A DNA stretch of 64,000 nucleotides, taken from NCBI RefSeq assembly GCF_009914755.1, contig NC_060938.1. One strand, given 5' to 3'. Below, piece after piece: positions 1-19,969 of the stretch (its first letter is position 1; every line of letters begins with the position of its first letter). The notes under the pieces were generated by a model. That model was not told where the DNA came from, ran no database searches, and saw nothing but the letters and a program-made list of their open reading frames with translations. Origin of the DNA: the human T2T-CHM13v2.0 reference genome, Homo sapiens. Made by a program: the position numbers and the translations under genes.

Positions 1-800
1 CCCATGAGGATGGGTGGTTGGCAGTGACAGGGAGCCTAGGTCCCCACGGCCTGGGCTGAAGGCCTAAGTGGGGCAGGACCTGCTGGTGGCCCAGGTGCTT
101 AAGGGGCCAGCAGGACAGCTGACGAGGCTGTGCGCTCCAGCAGAGGGCTGGGAGCTGCTCACGGGCCCGGCAGGCCCCTGTCCTCGCTGGGAAGTGTCTG
201 TTACCTCGGCAGGGTGGAGGCCTGTGCCCCCTGGGCACATCCTAGGGGGACTGAGCTGGCCAGGCTTGAGCAGGGGGCTAGGCTGAGCTGCCATTGGCCT
301 CACTGGCCTGCAAGGGGTCCCCTCCCTCTCTGGATCTGCCCAGCCCCACCCTCTGCCCAGCCCCACCCTCTGCCCAGCCCCCACCCTCAGTGTGAGGAGT
401 GCCAGGCTGTAGTTTCTGTGGCCTCAGCCCACTCCCTTCCTTGCCTCAGTTTCTCTGCCTGCAGAGCTGGGCACCCGTGGCACCCACACGTTCTATGACT
501 GAGTCCCATCCATCCCATTTGGGCCCCGCAGCTGTGATGCTGGCCCTGGGGGGCCGGAGAGAGAGGAGGTGTGGCCTGCCCCAGAGCCAGCAAGGGTTTC
601 TGTGCACCCTTCTTTTCAGGCTCCGTCCCAGCCCCCCACCATCCCTCCTTGTGGCTGTGGGGAGTTTGGCCTCCCTTTGGGGCCGTGGCCAGTGCCTGTG
701 TAACCAGTGGCTAGGCCGGTGTTTGGGGCCAGGCTGGGGAGCACCTCCCCCAGGCCCCACCTCTGGCCAGCAGCTGCCTGGGAGCTGGGAGGGGCTTTGA

Positions 801-2851
<2,051 letters not shown>

Positions 2852-4640
2852 GCCCCAGACCTGGCCAGGCCAGCCTCCCTGTGCGTGTGCGTCTCTGCCT
2901 TCCGTCCGCCGCACACCCGCCTGCCTGGCCGCAGGTGGTTCTCCCTGAAGACCCCCACATGTGCCATATCCCTGTGGGCGGGTGCCTCCCACGCCCTTGC
3001 CCCCTCGTCAGCTCCCAGCCAGCACCCTACTCACCCTGTCCAGCCCCATGGCCACCCCCACCCCTGCCTCGCCCCCTACAGGCCTCTGGGCCCAGCTCCT
3101 GGCCAGGCTGCTGCCAAGGTCAAGCCCTCAAGGGCATTACCCCGCCTCCTCTTCATCACTGTTATTTTTGTCTTTAGCTTTAAAGGAAAGAGTTGTTGGT
3201 GCCATTGCAGGTGCCCCCTCCAGGCCTGACTGGCTCCGCCAGGCACTAACCTGCCATAACCCTTTGTGCTGGCCTGCGGCCAGGCAGAGGAAGAGAGGTC
3301 GACTGTGGGGTCATTTGGTGCCAAACATGGAGGTGGGCAGGCTCACCTGTTCCTGGGACTGTCTGAGATGGCAGGGCACTTGCCCTGGTGGCTCCCACCT
3401 GACCCCAGGCCTTTTATAGGCAGGAGCCCCACTGCTTCCAGCCTCTGGTGCCAACACAGTTGCCAAACCCATTGAGCTTGGGGCTGCCCCGTGGAGGCCT
3501 CCTGGGTATGGACCAGGGGCTTGTTGAGAGCTGAGCCATGCACACAGGTGCAGACACCCCCCAACTCCCATGCACACGGCTAGTCCAGGCGCCTCCACGC
3601 TGCACCGTGAGGACTGCAGGGCATGTCCCCGTGAGGGGCTATGGGCCTCTGTAGGTGGGCTTCCAAGGTCCTGGGTGCAGCCGGGTGCATGGCAGCCCTT
3701 CTGGCGGGGGTGAGCGCACGACCAAAGTCACTGGAAGCCGGGTTTCCGGAAGCTCGCAGCTTGGCCTGCACCACACGCCCTCCCCTTTTGGCTTCACGCC
3801 ATCAGGCCTCAAGTGGGCATGGGGGCAGGGACGGGCCCAGGAACTGTTGTTTTCTCAGGATTCTTTCAGCTGGGAACATGGCAGGTGAGCAGAGCTTGGT
3901 GCCTCTGCCGTGGCCCCTGCTGGGGCAGCCCGTGTTGCCGGAGCCTCTAAGCCAAAGAGCCCGTTGGCCGTGGTTGGTGGGGGTGGACGTGGGGGTGTCC
4001 CACCTGGACCAGACTGGCGTGGGTGAGCTCCACACCCTGCCTGGCAATGGTATGAGAGTCGGACCTGGACAGGGCCAGCTGCTGGGGGAGCGGCACTGGG
4101 GACTGGAGGCTGGAAGCGGGTGGTGTGTGTCCCCTGTTTACTTTTAGCTGAGCTGGGGTTGGGTGTACGGGTTCTGTTCCTCTGAGCCCTGCGGCCCACC
4201 TGATGTTTACGTGTGTGTGTGAGGGGGGGCGGGGGTGGCAGGTGTCCCCCCCTGGTCCCCGCCCCAAGAGCCTGCTGTCTGTATGGAGGAGGTGCTAGCC
4301 CGGTCCACCGGGCTGCTGCCCACCCCTGCATGCCCCAGTTGCCCACCCCGCCTGCCCCTGGACATGAAGTGGTCACGCTTCATCCACGGCTCCTTCCCAC
4401 CCCTCGGCAGTGGCTGTGCAATGTTTTAAGTTCACAAGTTCCTGCTCCTCCCCACACTGAGCTCCTTTGTTCCTCCCCCTCCAGCCTTTGCCTGGGAACT
4501 GGTCCTTGTTTGCCGGGCTTCTCGGAGGGTTCACTGTACATTCGTTCTCAGGTGGTCTTGTGGCTGTCTTTCGGAAAATGGTTATTTTATATGATTTGTC
4601 ATGGAATTTGTTCTAATAAATCATTCTTCTATCACATGGC
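2852..4640 (+). other. CEP170B: CEP170B 3'UTR
   Basis: Runs from the stop codon to about 20 nt past AATAAA at 4615-4620; end approximate. Confidence 0.8.
4615..4620 (+). terminator. CEP170B polyadenylation signal AATAAA
   Basis: Canonical hexamer with U-rich upstream sequence and a GU-rich downstream element (ccttgtttc...ggtgtttggggt). Confidence 0.85.
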
Positions 4641-4732
4641 AGCACGCTGGAGCCTGTCACCTTGGCCTTGTTTCTCTATCCTTGGTGTTTGGGGTGGGTG
4701 GGGCCCTGCACATGGGACAGACCAGGGGTGGC

Positions 4733-4765
4733 TGCAATTCAGAGATGCTGCCACCAGGGGGCGGC
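4733..4765 (+). promoter_or_regulatory. Predicted CTCF site (core plus upstream motif)
   Basis: Core CCACCAGGGGGCGG from 4751, with TGCAATTC starting 18 nt upstream. Confidence 0.7.
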
Positions 4766-4804
4766 CTGGGCTAGAAAGCAGCATTTCCAGATGTTTACTC
4801 CTAA

Positions 4805-5165
<361 letters not shown>

Positions 5166-7386
5166 GAGAGCACTGTTTAAAACCCCGCTCATCCTGCATA
5201 AAAATAGGCAGTAAGCAGGCACACAGTCCCCGTGTGGTGAGCACCACCTCCCGCCCCAGTTCCTTCTCCCTGCTAGGGCTTCGGAGGACACCCACTGCCC
5301 GTTGTTACATCACGTCACTGGCACCCATCACACCCGGGTTGTTGGAGGTGTCAGAGGTCACTGTCCACTTCCGGCCACAGGGCGGGCCCCACGGTACTGA
5401 TGTGTTGTCCGGCTGCCAGGCTACCAGGCAGTGGTTCAGGTCCTCAGCAAGGCTGACCTTGAGACCCTGGCGGGAGTAGCAGGGCGGGCTTCTTACCTCC
5501 GCAGCCCAGCCGTCTGGCTGCTCCGAGCCCCTTGTCCTTCCACTCCCTGCGGTGGCCGTGGAGAGGACATCGCCAGATGTTCCTGGGTGGACTGCCTTTA
5601 TGATGCCACCCTCCCCTGCCCTTGGGGATGCATTTGAGTTTGCAAGGGGGTGGTTGAGCCGAGCGGCCCGCCGAGAACTTGAGGACAGGGCTCCACAGGC
5701 CTCATGCAGCCACTCGGGGCCTCCACGCCTTGTCTTGCATCTGAACCATCTGAACGCCACTCCCGGGGCCACACTGGAGGTGGTCACCGCTGGCCCGGCC
5801 CCCTTAACGGGAGGCCACAGGGAGGACTGTGGGTAAGGCCAGGTAGTGAGACCTTAGTCTGGGCAGCAGACTCCTGAGGGCCTTCTGAGTGGGGCCCCTT
5901 AACGGGCCTTCCCAGAGACCCAGGACCTGCTGGAAAGTCAGCCTCAACAGACGTCCCAGGGCCCACGGCTGTGGAAGGTGCCGGGGGTGCGCCAGCCCTA
6001 GGGTAGGGCTGGGCCTGGCGGGCCAGTGGGCGGTGATCTGGTTTGGTGGGCTCAACATTCCAGGACCTCCCTAAGGAGTGCGAGCTTTTCTTGTTCCTTG
6101 TCTAGTCAGAGTGAGGAGGGCTTTGACTGGGAGTGAGGGCACAGGGGCTGCGGGAGGAGGCGGTGGAGGGCAGATGGGCCGTGTGGAGAGGCCGGAGGCT
6201 GAAGGGGCTGGGTCCCCGGCGGAGGGGCAGAGAGGGCCAAGGACATGCCCAGCTCCTGGCCCAAGTGGCCCAGATGTGGGGACAGTGGGTGAGATGCTCA
6301 GGTGACAGTTGGGGATGCAGTCAGGGAGCTGGAGCTGAGGAGAGAGAACCCTGCGGGACAGAGGGGAGCTCAGTGGCTCAGGGCCTGCTTTGGGTCTTGG
6401 GTCATTTGCAGGAGTGAGTGAAGCACACATGTGGTTTGTGTCCAATTAATCTTGCTAGTGACAAATATAAGAAACCATTAGACAGAATGAAGCCCGCACC
6501 TTTTCCATGCAAAAATTAATGGCTTTTTCAGAGAAAATTTTCAGAAAAATTCAAAGAAATGATGGCCAAACATTCAAATTATGACAAAAAAGACAGTAAA
6601 CTGTTTTTACTCTCAAATACAATAAAATTTTACTGAGAAGGCTGTCATGATTTAGCTTGAAGAAGAACTTAAAATCATGCCACAGGCCATTTCTCCTTTT
6701 GGCCGTGAGTAACGGGGTACAGGATGGATTTGCCTTCTCACCTTGAACAGTGAGAAAATGACAAAATATGTGAAACGGCAGTTTTCAGACACTGGACAGC
6801 AGGCAGCACAGGACCGTGATGTCAAGAAAGGAAAGAAATGAGGTGAGCCCGACCGCCCGCCTTGCTCACAGCATAGCTTGCAGGCCAAAGGGCGGAGCGG
6901 CTCCCACGGGGTTTGGTGATGTTGCCGAGTTGAGGCCCAGATCAGAGTTTGGGGAGGCCAAAGCAACTGGAATTTGCAGAGTGAAGCAGCGGTGAGGAGA
7001 GCACCACACACAGAGCCCCAGCGCCGGCAGAGGACCCCCTGCACACACGCGAGGAAGCCAGGGGAGGCAGGAAAACCACCCGCAGAACGCTGGAGCCGAG
7101 CATGCCTCGGATGTGATACAGGCCTGGAAATGCTTGCACCCCCACTGGCTGAGGGAGAAAGGCTCGTGGTGCACAGGACACTGGATGGTCCTCAGAAGGG
7201 AACTGCCGATGAGTAGGGCACCATCAGCCCACAGCCCTGCCTCCCCTCCCGCTGCAAAGCTTGGGTCTGGTTTTCTCACTGTCCGAGGTGAGAAGGCAAA
7301 CCATCCTGTACTCCTATCGCTCACGGCCAGAAGCAGCCTGTGGCATAATTTTAAGTTCTTCCTTAAGCTATCAATTATAAGGCAAT

Positions 7387-7683
<297 letters not shown>

Positions 7684-7689
7684 GGAATT

Positions 7690-8460
7690 TCTTAGTAAAT
7701 TAGGCTACCTGAAAACTAGGAACCTCTATTCATCCAAAGACACCTTGAAGAGAGTGAAAAGGACAAATAATTTGGACTCAAAATGTATAGTAACTATTAT
7801 AAGTCAGAGAAAAAAGATGGGCAACCCAATAAAGAGCAGGGAAAGTGAACAGGTGCGTTGCAGGAGGGTGTCCAAGTGACCAAACACCTTTATGAAAACA
7901 TGCCCAATATCATTTGTCAAAAAAAGAGAAGTGCAAATTAAAACCATAATGAGATACAACCATACCCACCAAGGTAGCTAAAACTAGAATCCTTGGCTTG
8001 GCAGGTGAGAGTATAGTGGTTCAACTATTTTGGAAAAAGTGGCAGAATTTACCAATGCTATACATATGCCTACCTCGGACCCAGCAATTCTACTCCCAGC
8101 TTTATACCCAAGAGAAACAAGTGCATTCAGCCCTTCAAAGGCATGTCCAAGACTGCTCATAGCAGCTGTATGGGTAAAATCTCCACATGGAAAGCAACCT
8201 CATGGCCCTCGACAACAGAATGGGTGAATAACACCTGGTATGTTCGAGCCCTGGGCTAGGACATGGCAAGGGAAAAATAAATGACTACACTTCATAAAAC
8301 ATGGATGATTCTCCAGACGTCGCAATGAGCAAAAGTAGCCAGACACCAAAGTCTACATGCCGTAGGATTTCAAAAGCAGGAAAAAGCGATCCATGACAGC
8401 AGAAATCACAACACTGGTTACCTCTTGGGGGGAAGGTATTAACTAAGATGTTCAAGGAAA
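7690..8460 (+). mobile_element. Old L1 (L1M-type) 3' fragment
   Basis: A-rich, with L1 3' motifs (gtgcaaattaaaaccataatgagatac, gacccagcaattctactcc, tatacccaagagaaa). Confidence 0.65.
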
Positions 8461-8608
8461 TGTCTTCCACCTGTCTCCAAAAAAAAAAAAAAAAAAAAGG
8501 CCAGGCATGGTGGCTCACACCTGTGGTCCCAGGCTTCCAGGTAATAGATGGATTCAGGGATTTTCTGGTTGCCAGTTGATTGAAAGAGTTATCTGAAGAC
8601 CTGGAATC

Positions 8609-8918
<310 letters not shown>

Positions 8919-9853
8919 CTACATATGTATGTTATACTGCATACAAATTTGAAAAAAATAAGGATAGAAAATATCTAATAGCATCAAATTGTTCCTAATA
9001 TCCTCTTGTCTTTCTCGCCTCTGTAGGAGCCGCTGACGCTCTCATTTTCACTCCTGATGTTGGTGATTTGTGCCTTTTCTCGCTCTTGTTTCATTCTTGC
9101 TGTGGTTTGCCAGTTTCAATACTCTTCTCATAAAACCAACTTTTTGGTTTTACATATTTTCTGTTGCCTGTTTATTGTTTTCTCTTTCATTGATTTCTGC
9201 TGTTAGTTTTAATTTTCTTTTTGTTTGTTAGCTTTTTTCTTTTCTTCCCTATCTGGGGTTTCTTTCCTACTCCTTTCTTTCCTTCGTGACATGGACAGTC
9301 ACTGATTTTTCTGCGAATCTTCTTTTCTAATACACAGATTTAAAGCTATACATTTCCTTCTAAACATAATTTTAGCTGATACCATAAGGTTTGATATATT
9401 TTCATCACTATTTAGGTAAAACAATTTCTAGCGTTTTGTGATTTCTTTCTTGGCCTGTCAGTTATTTAGATGTGTGTTGTTAAATTACCAAACATTTGAG
9501 AATTTTCTGGTTAGTCTTTTGTTATTGATTTGTAGCCTCTTTTCACTATGGTCAGAATATATGCTTAAAATTATTTCAGTCACTTGAAATGTATAGAGAA
9601 TGACTTACGGCCCAGTATATGGACACTTTTGATAATTATTACATGTGCCCTTGAAGAGAATATGTAAACTTCCAATTTTTTTTGGAGAGGTGTTATTTTT
9701 TGTCAATTTGACCAGCTTCATAATTTATGTTCAAATAATCTATATCCATATGAATTTTCTTCCATCTGCTTATTCTACTAGTTACTGAAAGGACTGTGTT
9801 GAAGTCGCCGCCGTGATAGCAGATCTCTCTATTTCTCTTTTCAGTTCTGTAAG

Positions 9854-10173
<320 letters not shown>

Positions 10174-10832
10174 TATAAGTTTTTCTTTATGTATTTTGAA
10201 GCTATGCTATTAGGTGCATACAATTTAGAATTATTAACTTCCCGGTCGATGAGCCCTCTTATCATTATGAAGTCTCCGTTATCTCTAGTTGTTTTTTTAT
10301 CTGAAGTCCAGTTTGTCTCGCATTATTATAGTTCTGCCAGCTTTTTTTCTAGTTAATGTTATCATGATTTATTTTTTCCATCCTTTTATTTATTTATTTA
10401 AACCAACTCACTTCAAAGAATTTCTGTCCTTTTAACGACATTTTTGTGGGGCTTGTTTTAAAACATTCAGTCTGACAATATTTCTTGTAATTGGAGTATT
10501 TTTAGTATACATCTATTATATTTATCAATGTACTTAGGTTTAAATCTGCTATATTACATCTGCTATTTGTTCTTTTTTCTCCCTTTTTTTTTTCCTTTTT
10601 TAGGATTAATTAAAATATTTTATTTTACATCCTCCGATTTGCTTGTTAGTCATACTTTTACTGTACTAGTAGCAATTACCCAAACAATTATAAAATTAAT
10701 CCTTCACTAATTATGGTCTAAGGCAAATTGTTCTTTTTACTACTTTCTGGCAATTATACAATTATAATTATAAAATCATTTACAATTATAAATTGTAATT
10801 ATAAAATTCATCCTTCACTTACCAGGGCCTAA

Positions 10833-11199
<367 letters not shown>

Positions 11200-13078
11200 T
11201 AACGCTTTAAATCCATCGGCCTCTCCCCCACTTTTTGTGCTGTCATTCTCAGGTATTTCAGTTCTGCACAATGTTAAACCACACAATAAATCATCTTATC
11301 ATTTTCTACAGCCGGCGTGCATGGAAACGCACTGGCGTGTTTCTTCTCTGCTGCTCTTTTATTCTTTCCCTCCTGCATTTCCATGTTTCCATCCAGGACC
11401 ATTTTCCAAAGGCCTCCATTGTGATTTGTCTTGTTTATTAGTGCATGTTTGCTGTAAGGAATTCTCTCAATTCACTGGGGAGGGTGTCTGAAAATGTTTT
11501 TGTTTTGCCTTTCCCTTTCACTTGAAATAGCATCCCAAGTTGGCAGTTATTTTCTCTTGGTACTTAGAGAATGTTGTTCCATTGTCTTCTGGCTTTCAGT
11601 GCTTACGTGGAGAAGTCAAGAGCCTCATTATTGCTTCTTTGAAGGTGGCATCTTGTTTTTTCCTGGCTGTTATTTGTTTAATTTATTTTTATTTTTGTAG
11701 AGACAGGATCCTCCTGTCTCGGCCTCCCAAAGTGTTGGGATTACAGGCGTGAGCCACTGTGCCCCACCTCCTGTTACTGCTTTTCTCCTAGTTAGTGGGT
11801 TTTCAGTGGTTTTACTACAATGTGCTTAGGAGTATCTTTGTATTTCTCTATCTTGAAATGTGTAGCACTTCTTGCATACGCAATTGGTATGTCTTTCATT
11901 GGTTTTGGAAAAGTTGCACTCATTTTCTCTTCAGATATTGTTCTGCCCCATTTGCAATCTCCCTTCTTGGATTTGAGTGACAGATGTGGTAGGCCTGTTG
12001 ACGGCACCCTGTGTGTCTCTGATGCTATGTTCCGTGCAGTTTTCTCTGCGTGCTTCAGTCTTCTGTCGGCTGCTGACCTCAATCGGTGCTTGTTAATCCT
12101 CTCTTGAGTTCTGTCCACTAACAGTCTGTTAACCCATCTGTCACAGTCTTTACCTTGGTTATTGTATTCTTAGTTCTAGAGTTTCTATTTGATTTTTTCA
12201 AGATTTCATTTCTCTAGTGAAAATTTCCATCTCGCCGCTTATTTCTCAGAGCAGTCATCAGAGTCACTTCAAAGCTCCAACAGTTTCATCCCCTGCTTTT
12301 ACACTTGGGTCTATATATTTTTTAATGTGTCTGGTGACTCTTGGTTTAAAACGACAGACACTGTGGAAAAAAAGTACAATCTCTGGATGATATTGTGGCC
12401 ATCAGAGAGGACCCGCCCTGTCCTCTGCCACAAAGCAGGGACAGATCACCAGTCAAGTCAGGACTGAGCTGTCTAGGACAGGCTGTAGACATGGTAAGTC
12501 TGGTTCCACCTCTTGTTTGCCCTCTGATTTACCTCTTTGTCGTGCTTCTAGGGCACACCCCTCTGGGGTCTCAACTGCAAGCCAGGAGAGTTTAGCAGTA
12601 CCTCCCTCCTCCCTCCTCCTTTGAAGGAAGTCCTGGGCTCAATTTTGCTTCCCCCGAGCCATAATAGAGTGAAGTTTCACTGAACTCTTCAACCACTCAA
12701 TGCTCAGCCTCTTAGCTGAGGTGAACGTGACTCTCATGTCGGGTGAGAATTAGCCACTGCCTCAAGAGGAAAACCAGCACAGGAAGTCCGGCTCTCTTCT
12801 CAGATCCTCTATTCTCTGAATAATTTCCACCCCAATCCTGGTGGTCCTGGCAGGGTTGAGAGCCAACGTCTATCTCCTGAGACTTGTGAGTTTGCCAGAA
12901 TCTATTACGCATGTCTTTTCTGCCTCTTAGCAACCATCCTCTGCCCAACTTCTCAGCCCCTCACCCTCACTGCTTAATCTCTACCCCTTGAAACAGCTAG
13001 AATTGTCAGCTAAAAGTAAAATCAAAATTAGACATCATTATAGGCAAGAAAGGGAAATCCCCATATGCCAGAAATGGA

Positions 13079-14937
13079 GTGGGAACCGCGAGCCAGGACG
13101 CGCAGGGAGCTGACGCTGCAGGTGGGAACCGAGAGCCAGGACGCGCAGGGAGCTGACGCTGCAGGTGGGAACCGAGAGCCAGGACGCGCAGGGAGCTGTC
13201 GCTGCAGGTGGGAACCGCGAGCCAGGACGGGCAGGGAGCTGACGCTGCAGGTGGGAACCGCGAGCCAGGACGGGCAGGGAGCTGTCACTGCAGGTGGGAA
13301 CCGCGAGCCAGGACGGGCAGGGAGCTGTCGCTGCAGGTGGGAACCATCAGCCAGGACGCGCAGGGAGCTGTCGCTGCAGGTGGGAACCATCAGCCAGGAC
13401 GCACAGGGAGCTGTCGCTGCAGGTGGGAACCATCAGCCAGGACGGGCAGGGAGCTGACGCTGCAGGTGGGAACCGAGAGCCAGGACGCGCAGGGAGCTGA
13501 CGCTGCAGGTGGGAACCGAGAGCCAGGACGCGCAGGGAGCTGTCGCTGCAGGTGGGAACCGCGAGCCAGGACGGGCAGGGAGCTGACGCTGCAGGTGGGA
13601 ACCGAGAGCCAGGACGGGCAGGGAGCTGTCGCTGCAGGTGGGAACCGTCAGCCAGGACGGGCAGGGAGCTGTCGCTGCAGGTGGGAACCATCAGCCAGGA
13701 TGCGCAGGGAGCTGTCGCTGCAGGTGGGAACCGCGAGCCAGGACGGGCAGGGAGCTGTCGCTGCAGGTGGGAACCGTCAGCCAGGACGGGCAGGGAGCTG
13801 ACGCTGCAGGTGGGAACCGAGAGCCAGGACGCGCAGGGAGCTGTCGCTGCAGGTGGGAACCATCAGCCAGGACGGGCAGGGAGCTGACGCTGCAGGTGGG
13901 AACCGCGAGCCAGGACGGGCAGGGAGCTGACGCTGCAAGTGGGAACCGAGAGCCAGGACGCGCAGGGAGCTGTCGCTGCAGGTGGGAACCATCAGCCAGG
14001 ACGGGCAGGGAGCTGACGCTGCAGGTGGGAACCGCGAGCCAGGACGCGCAGGGAGCTGACGCTGCAGGTGGGAACCGAGAGCCAGGACGCGCAGGGAGCT
14101 GTCGCTGCAGGTGGGAACCATCAGCCAGGACGGGCAGGGAGCTGACGCTGCAGGTGGGAACCGCGAGCCAGGACGGGCAGGGAGCTGACGCTGCAAGTGG
14201 GAACTGAGAGCCAGGACGCGCAGGGAGCTGTCGCTGCAGGTGGGAACCATCAGCCAGGACGGGCAGGGAGCTGTCGCTGCAGGTGGGAACCGCGAGCCAG
14301 GACGGGCAGGGAGCTGACGCTGCAGGTGGGAACCGAGAGCCAGGACGCGCAGGGAGCTGTCGCTGCAGGTGGGAACCGAGAGCCAGGAAGCCCAGGGAGC
14401 TGTCGCTGCAGGTGGGAACCGCGAGCCGGGACGGGCAGGGCAGGGAGCTGACCCTGCAGGTGGGAACCGAGAGCCAGGACGCGCAGGGAGCTGTCGCTGC
14501 AGGTGGGAACCATGAGCCAGGACGGGCAGGGAGCTGTCGCTGCAGGTGGGAACCGCGAGCCAGGACGGGCAGGGAGCTGACGCTGCAGGTGGGAACCGAG
14601 AGCCAGGATGGTCAGGGAGCTGACACTGCAGGTGGGAACCGAGAGCCAGGAAGCCCAGGGAGCTGTCGCTGCAGGTGGGAACCGCGAGCCGGGACGGGCA
14701 GGGCAGGGAGCTGACCCTGCAGGTGGGAACCGAGAGCCAGGACGCGCAGGGAGCTGTCGCTGCAGGTGGGAACCATGAGCCAGGACGGGCAGGGAGCTGT
14801 CGCTGCAGGTGGGAACCGCGAGCCAGGACGGGCAGGGAGCTGACGCTGCAGGTGGGAACCGAGAGCCAGGACGCGCAGGGAGCTGTCGCTGCAGGTGGGA
14901 ACCATGAGCCAGGATGGTCAGGGAGCTGACACTGCAG
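13079..14937. repeat. 43-bp GC-rich minisatellite (VNTR), 43 units
   Basis: Unit GTGGGAACC(GCG/GAG/ATC/GTC/ATG)AGCCAGGACG(C/G)GCAGGGAGCTG(A/T)CGCTGCAG; 41 x 43 + 2 x 48 = 1859 bp. Confidence 0.97.
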
Positions 14938-15199
14938 TATCTCTGGGACGTTTATGGGCCCAGAAATAGCCCTACTGGCTAAGCACCCGAGATGTTCCAG
15001 CCACCCGGTCAGGGGATGAGGCCTTATGCTAGGAGAGGGGAGAGATGACATTGAGAATCCTGCTCCGAGATGTGTGTTCAAAGGGCAGGGAAAGGGGCCA
15101 GATAAACTTGACTTGTGGCTCCAGTGAACAGGCAAGGAAACTTGTCTATCCCCTGACTGTGGGTGAGAAGGAAAATTCCACAGTGAGAAATTGAAACCT

Positions 15200-16400
<1,201 letters not shown>

Positions 16401-16842
16401 ATAAACGTAGCCACTAACAGCACAGAAAGATAATGGGTTCTTTTCTGTCAGCTGTATCGTAGGTTCCCAGGAACCAGCAAGTATGATAAAACCTTTAAGC
16501 TTTCCTGTTCTGTCTCCTCATCTGCAGCTGGTCCTACCATTCCTCCCCTAAGGTAACATGATTAAAGCAGGGAGAAGGACCACAGCCCTGAAAAGTTCTG
16601 CACTCTCAAAGGGAAAGGGAGAAGTGAACGTGTGGGAGACCCTGGAACAGCAGGTGCTGCCTGGCCATGCAGTGGCCTCATTATCAAGGGGAGCTTCTGG
16701 ATCTCAGGACTTAATATCAACTTGTTCTCTTATTAGCCTCATTTGGAACTGTTGAACCAGCGTCTTACCAAGCTACAGGCAGAGATGAAAGTGAGACCTC
16801 AGCCCACCTGGGTGTATCTCTCTTCAGTCTCCCCTTGTTTCA

Positions 16843-17666
<824 letters not shown>

Positions 17667-18217
17667 CAAAAGTTATCAAGCAGCAACACCAGCAAAAAAT
17701 GACAGATGGACACAGTACTGGAAGATGCAAAAGGAACAAAAGAGCATGGGATACAGCCAGAGTCAGAAAAACATCACATGGAAAACTATAATGACTGAAA
17801 ATAAAGATCTTTCAAAACCTCAATGAAAGAGTTAAACAGCAGATTAGACACAGTTAAAACAAGAATTAGTCAACTGTAAGAAAGATGAGAAGAAATTACC
17901 CAAAATGCAATACACAGGAACATGGTGGGAATAGAAAATGTGAAAGACATGTTAATAGGCATAGAAGACTGCGTGACAACATATAACATACATCTATCTG
18001 GAGTTTCTGAATGAGGGAGTCGAAAGGATGAGACACAGGAAATATTCAAAGAGATCAGGCCAGAATTTTCCAGAACTGGGAAAGACACATACCATGGATG
18101 AAATTGTCTCTCAAAAGATGTTAAAGTCCTGATGCCCAGTGCCTGTGAATGTGGCCTTATTTGGAAATAGAGCCTTTACAGATGATCAAGGTAAGATGAA
18201 GTAATTGGGGGAGATCC

Positions 18218-19181
<964 letters not shown>

Positions 19182-19624
19182 ACCCTAATCCCATGTGACT
19201 GATGCCTTATGGTAGGGGAAATTTGAGACAGACATGTACAGAGGGAAGGCATGAAGACACAGGGAGAATTTCATCTATAAGCTAAAGAACACCTGGGGCT
19301 ACCAGAAATTATGAGAGAGCCACAGGATCCTCCCTCACAGCCTCAGAAGGAATTAACCTTGCCGACACCTTGAGTTTGGACTTCCAGCCTCTGGAACTGT
19401 GAGACAATACATTTCTGTTGCATAAACTACTCAGTTTGTGAACTTCACTACAGCAACCCTAGAAATGAATACAACATATATCCACAGAAGATACAAAAAC
19501 ATAAGGGAAGCCAAACAGAATAAATGAAAGTAAAACTACACAGTTACATCACAGTAACATTGAGGAATACTGTAGATAATAAAATTTGTTTAAAACAGCC
19601 ACAATAGTAAAGAAGGATTCTCTA

Positions 19625-19969
<345 letters not shown>

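Noticed and set aside
335-388. Three copies of tctgcccagccccaccc
   Set aside because: Short intronic low-complexity repeat with no further signal.
13028-15135. Repetitive ORFs up to 452 aa, and a possible CRISPR-like appearance
   Set aside because: Translations of the 43-bp tandem repeat. Units are contiguous with no unique spacers, and the DNA is human.
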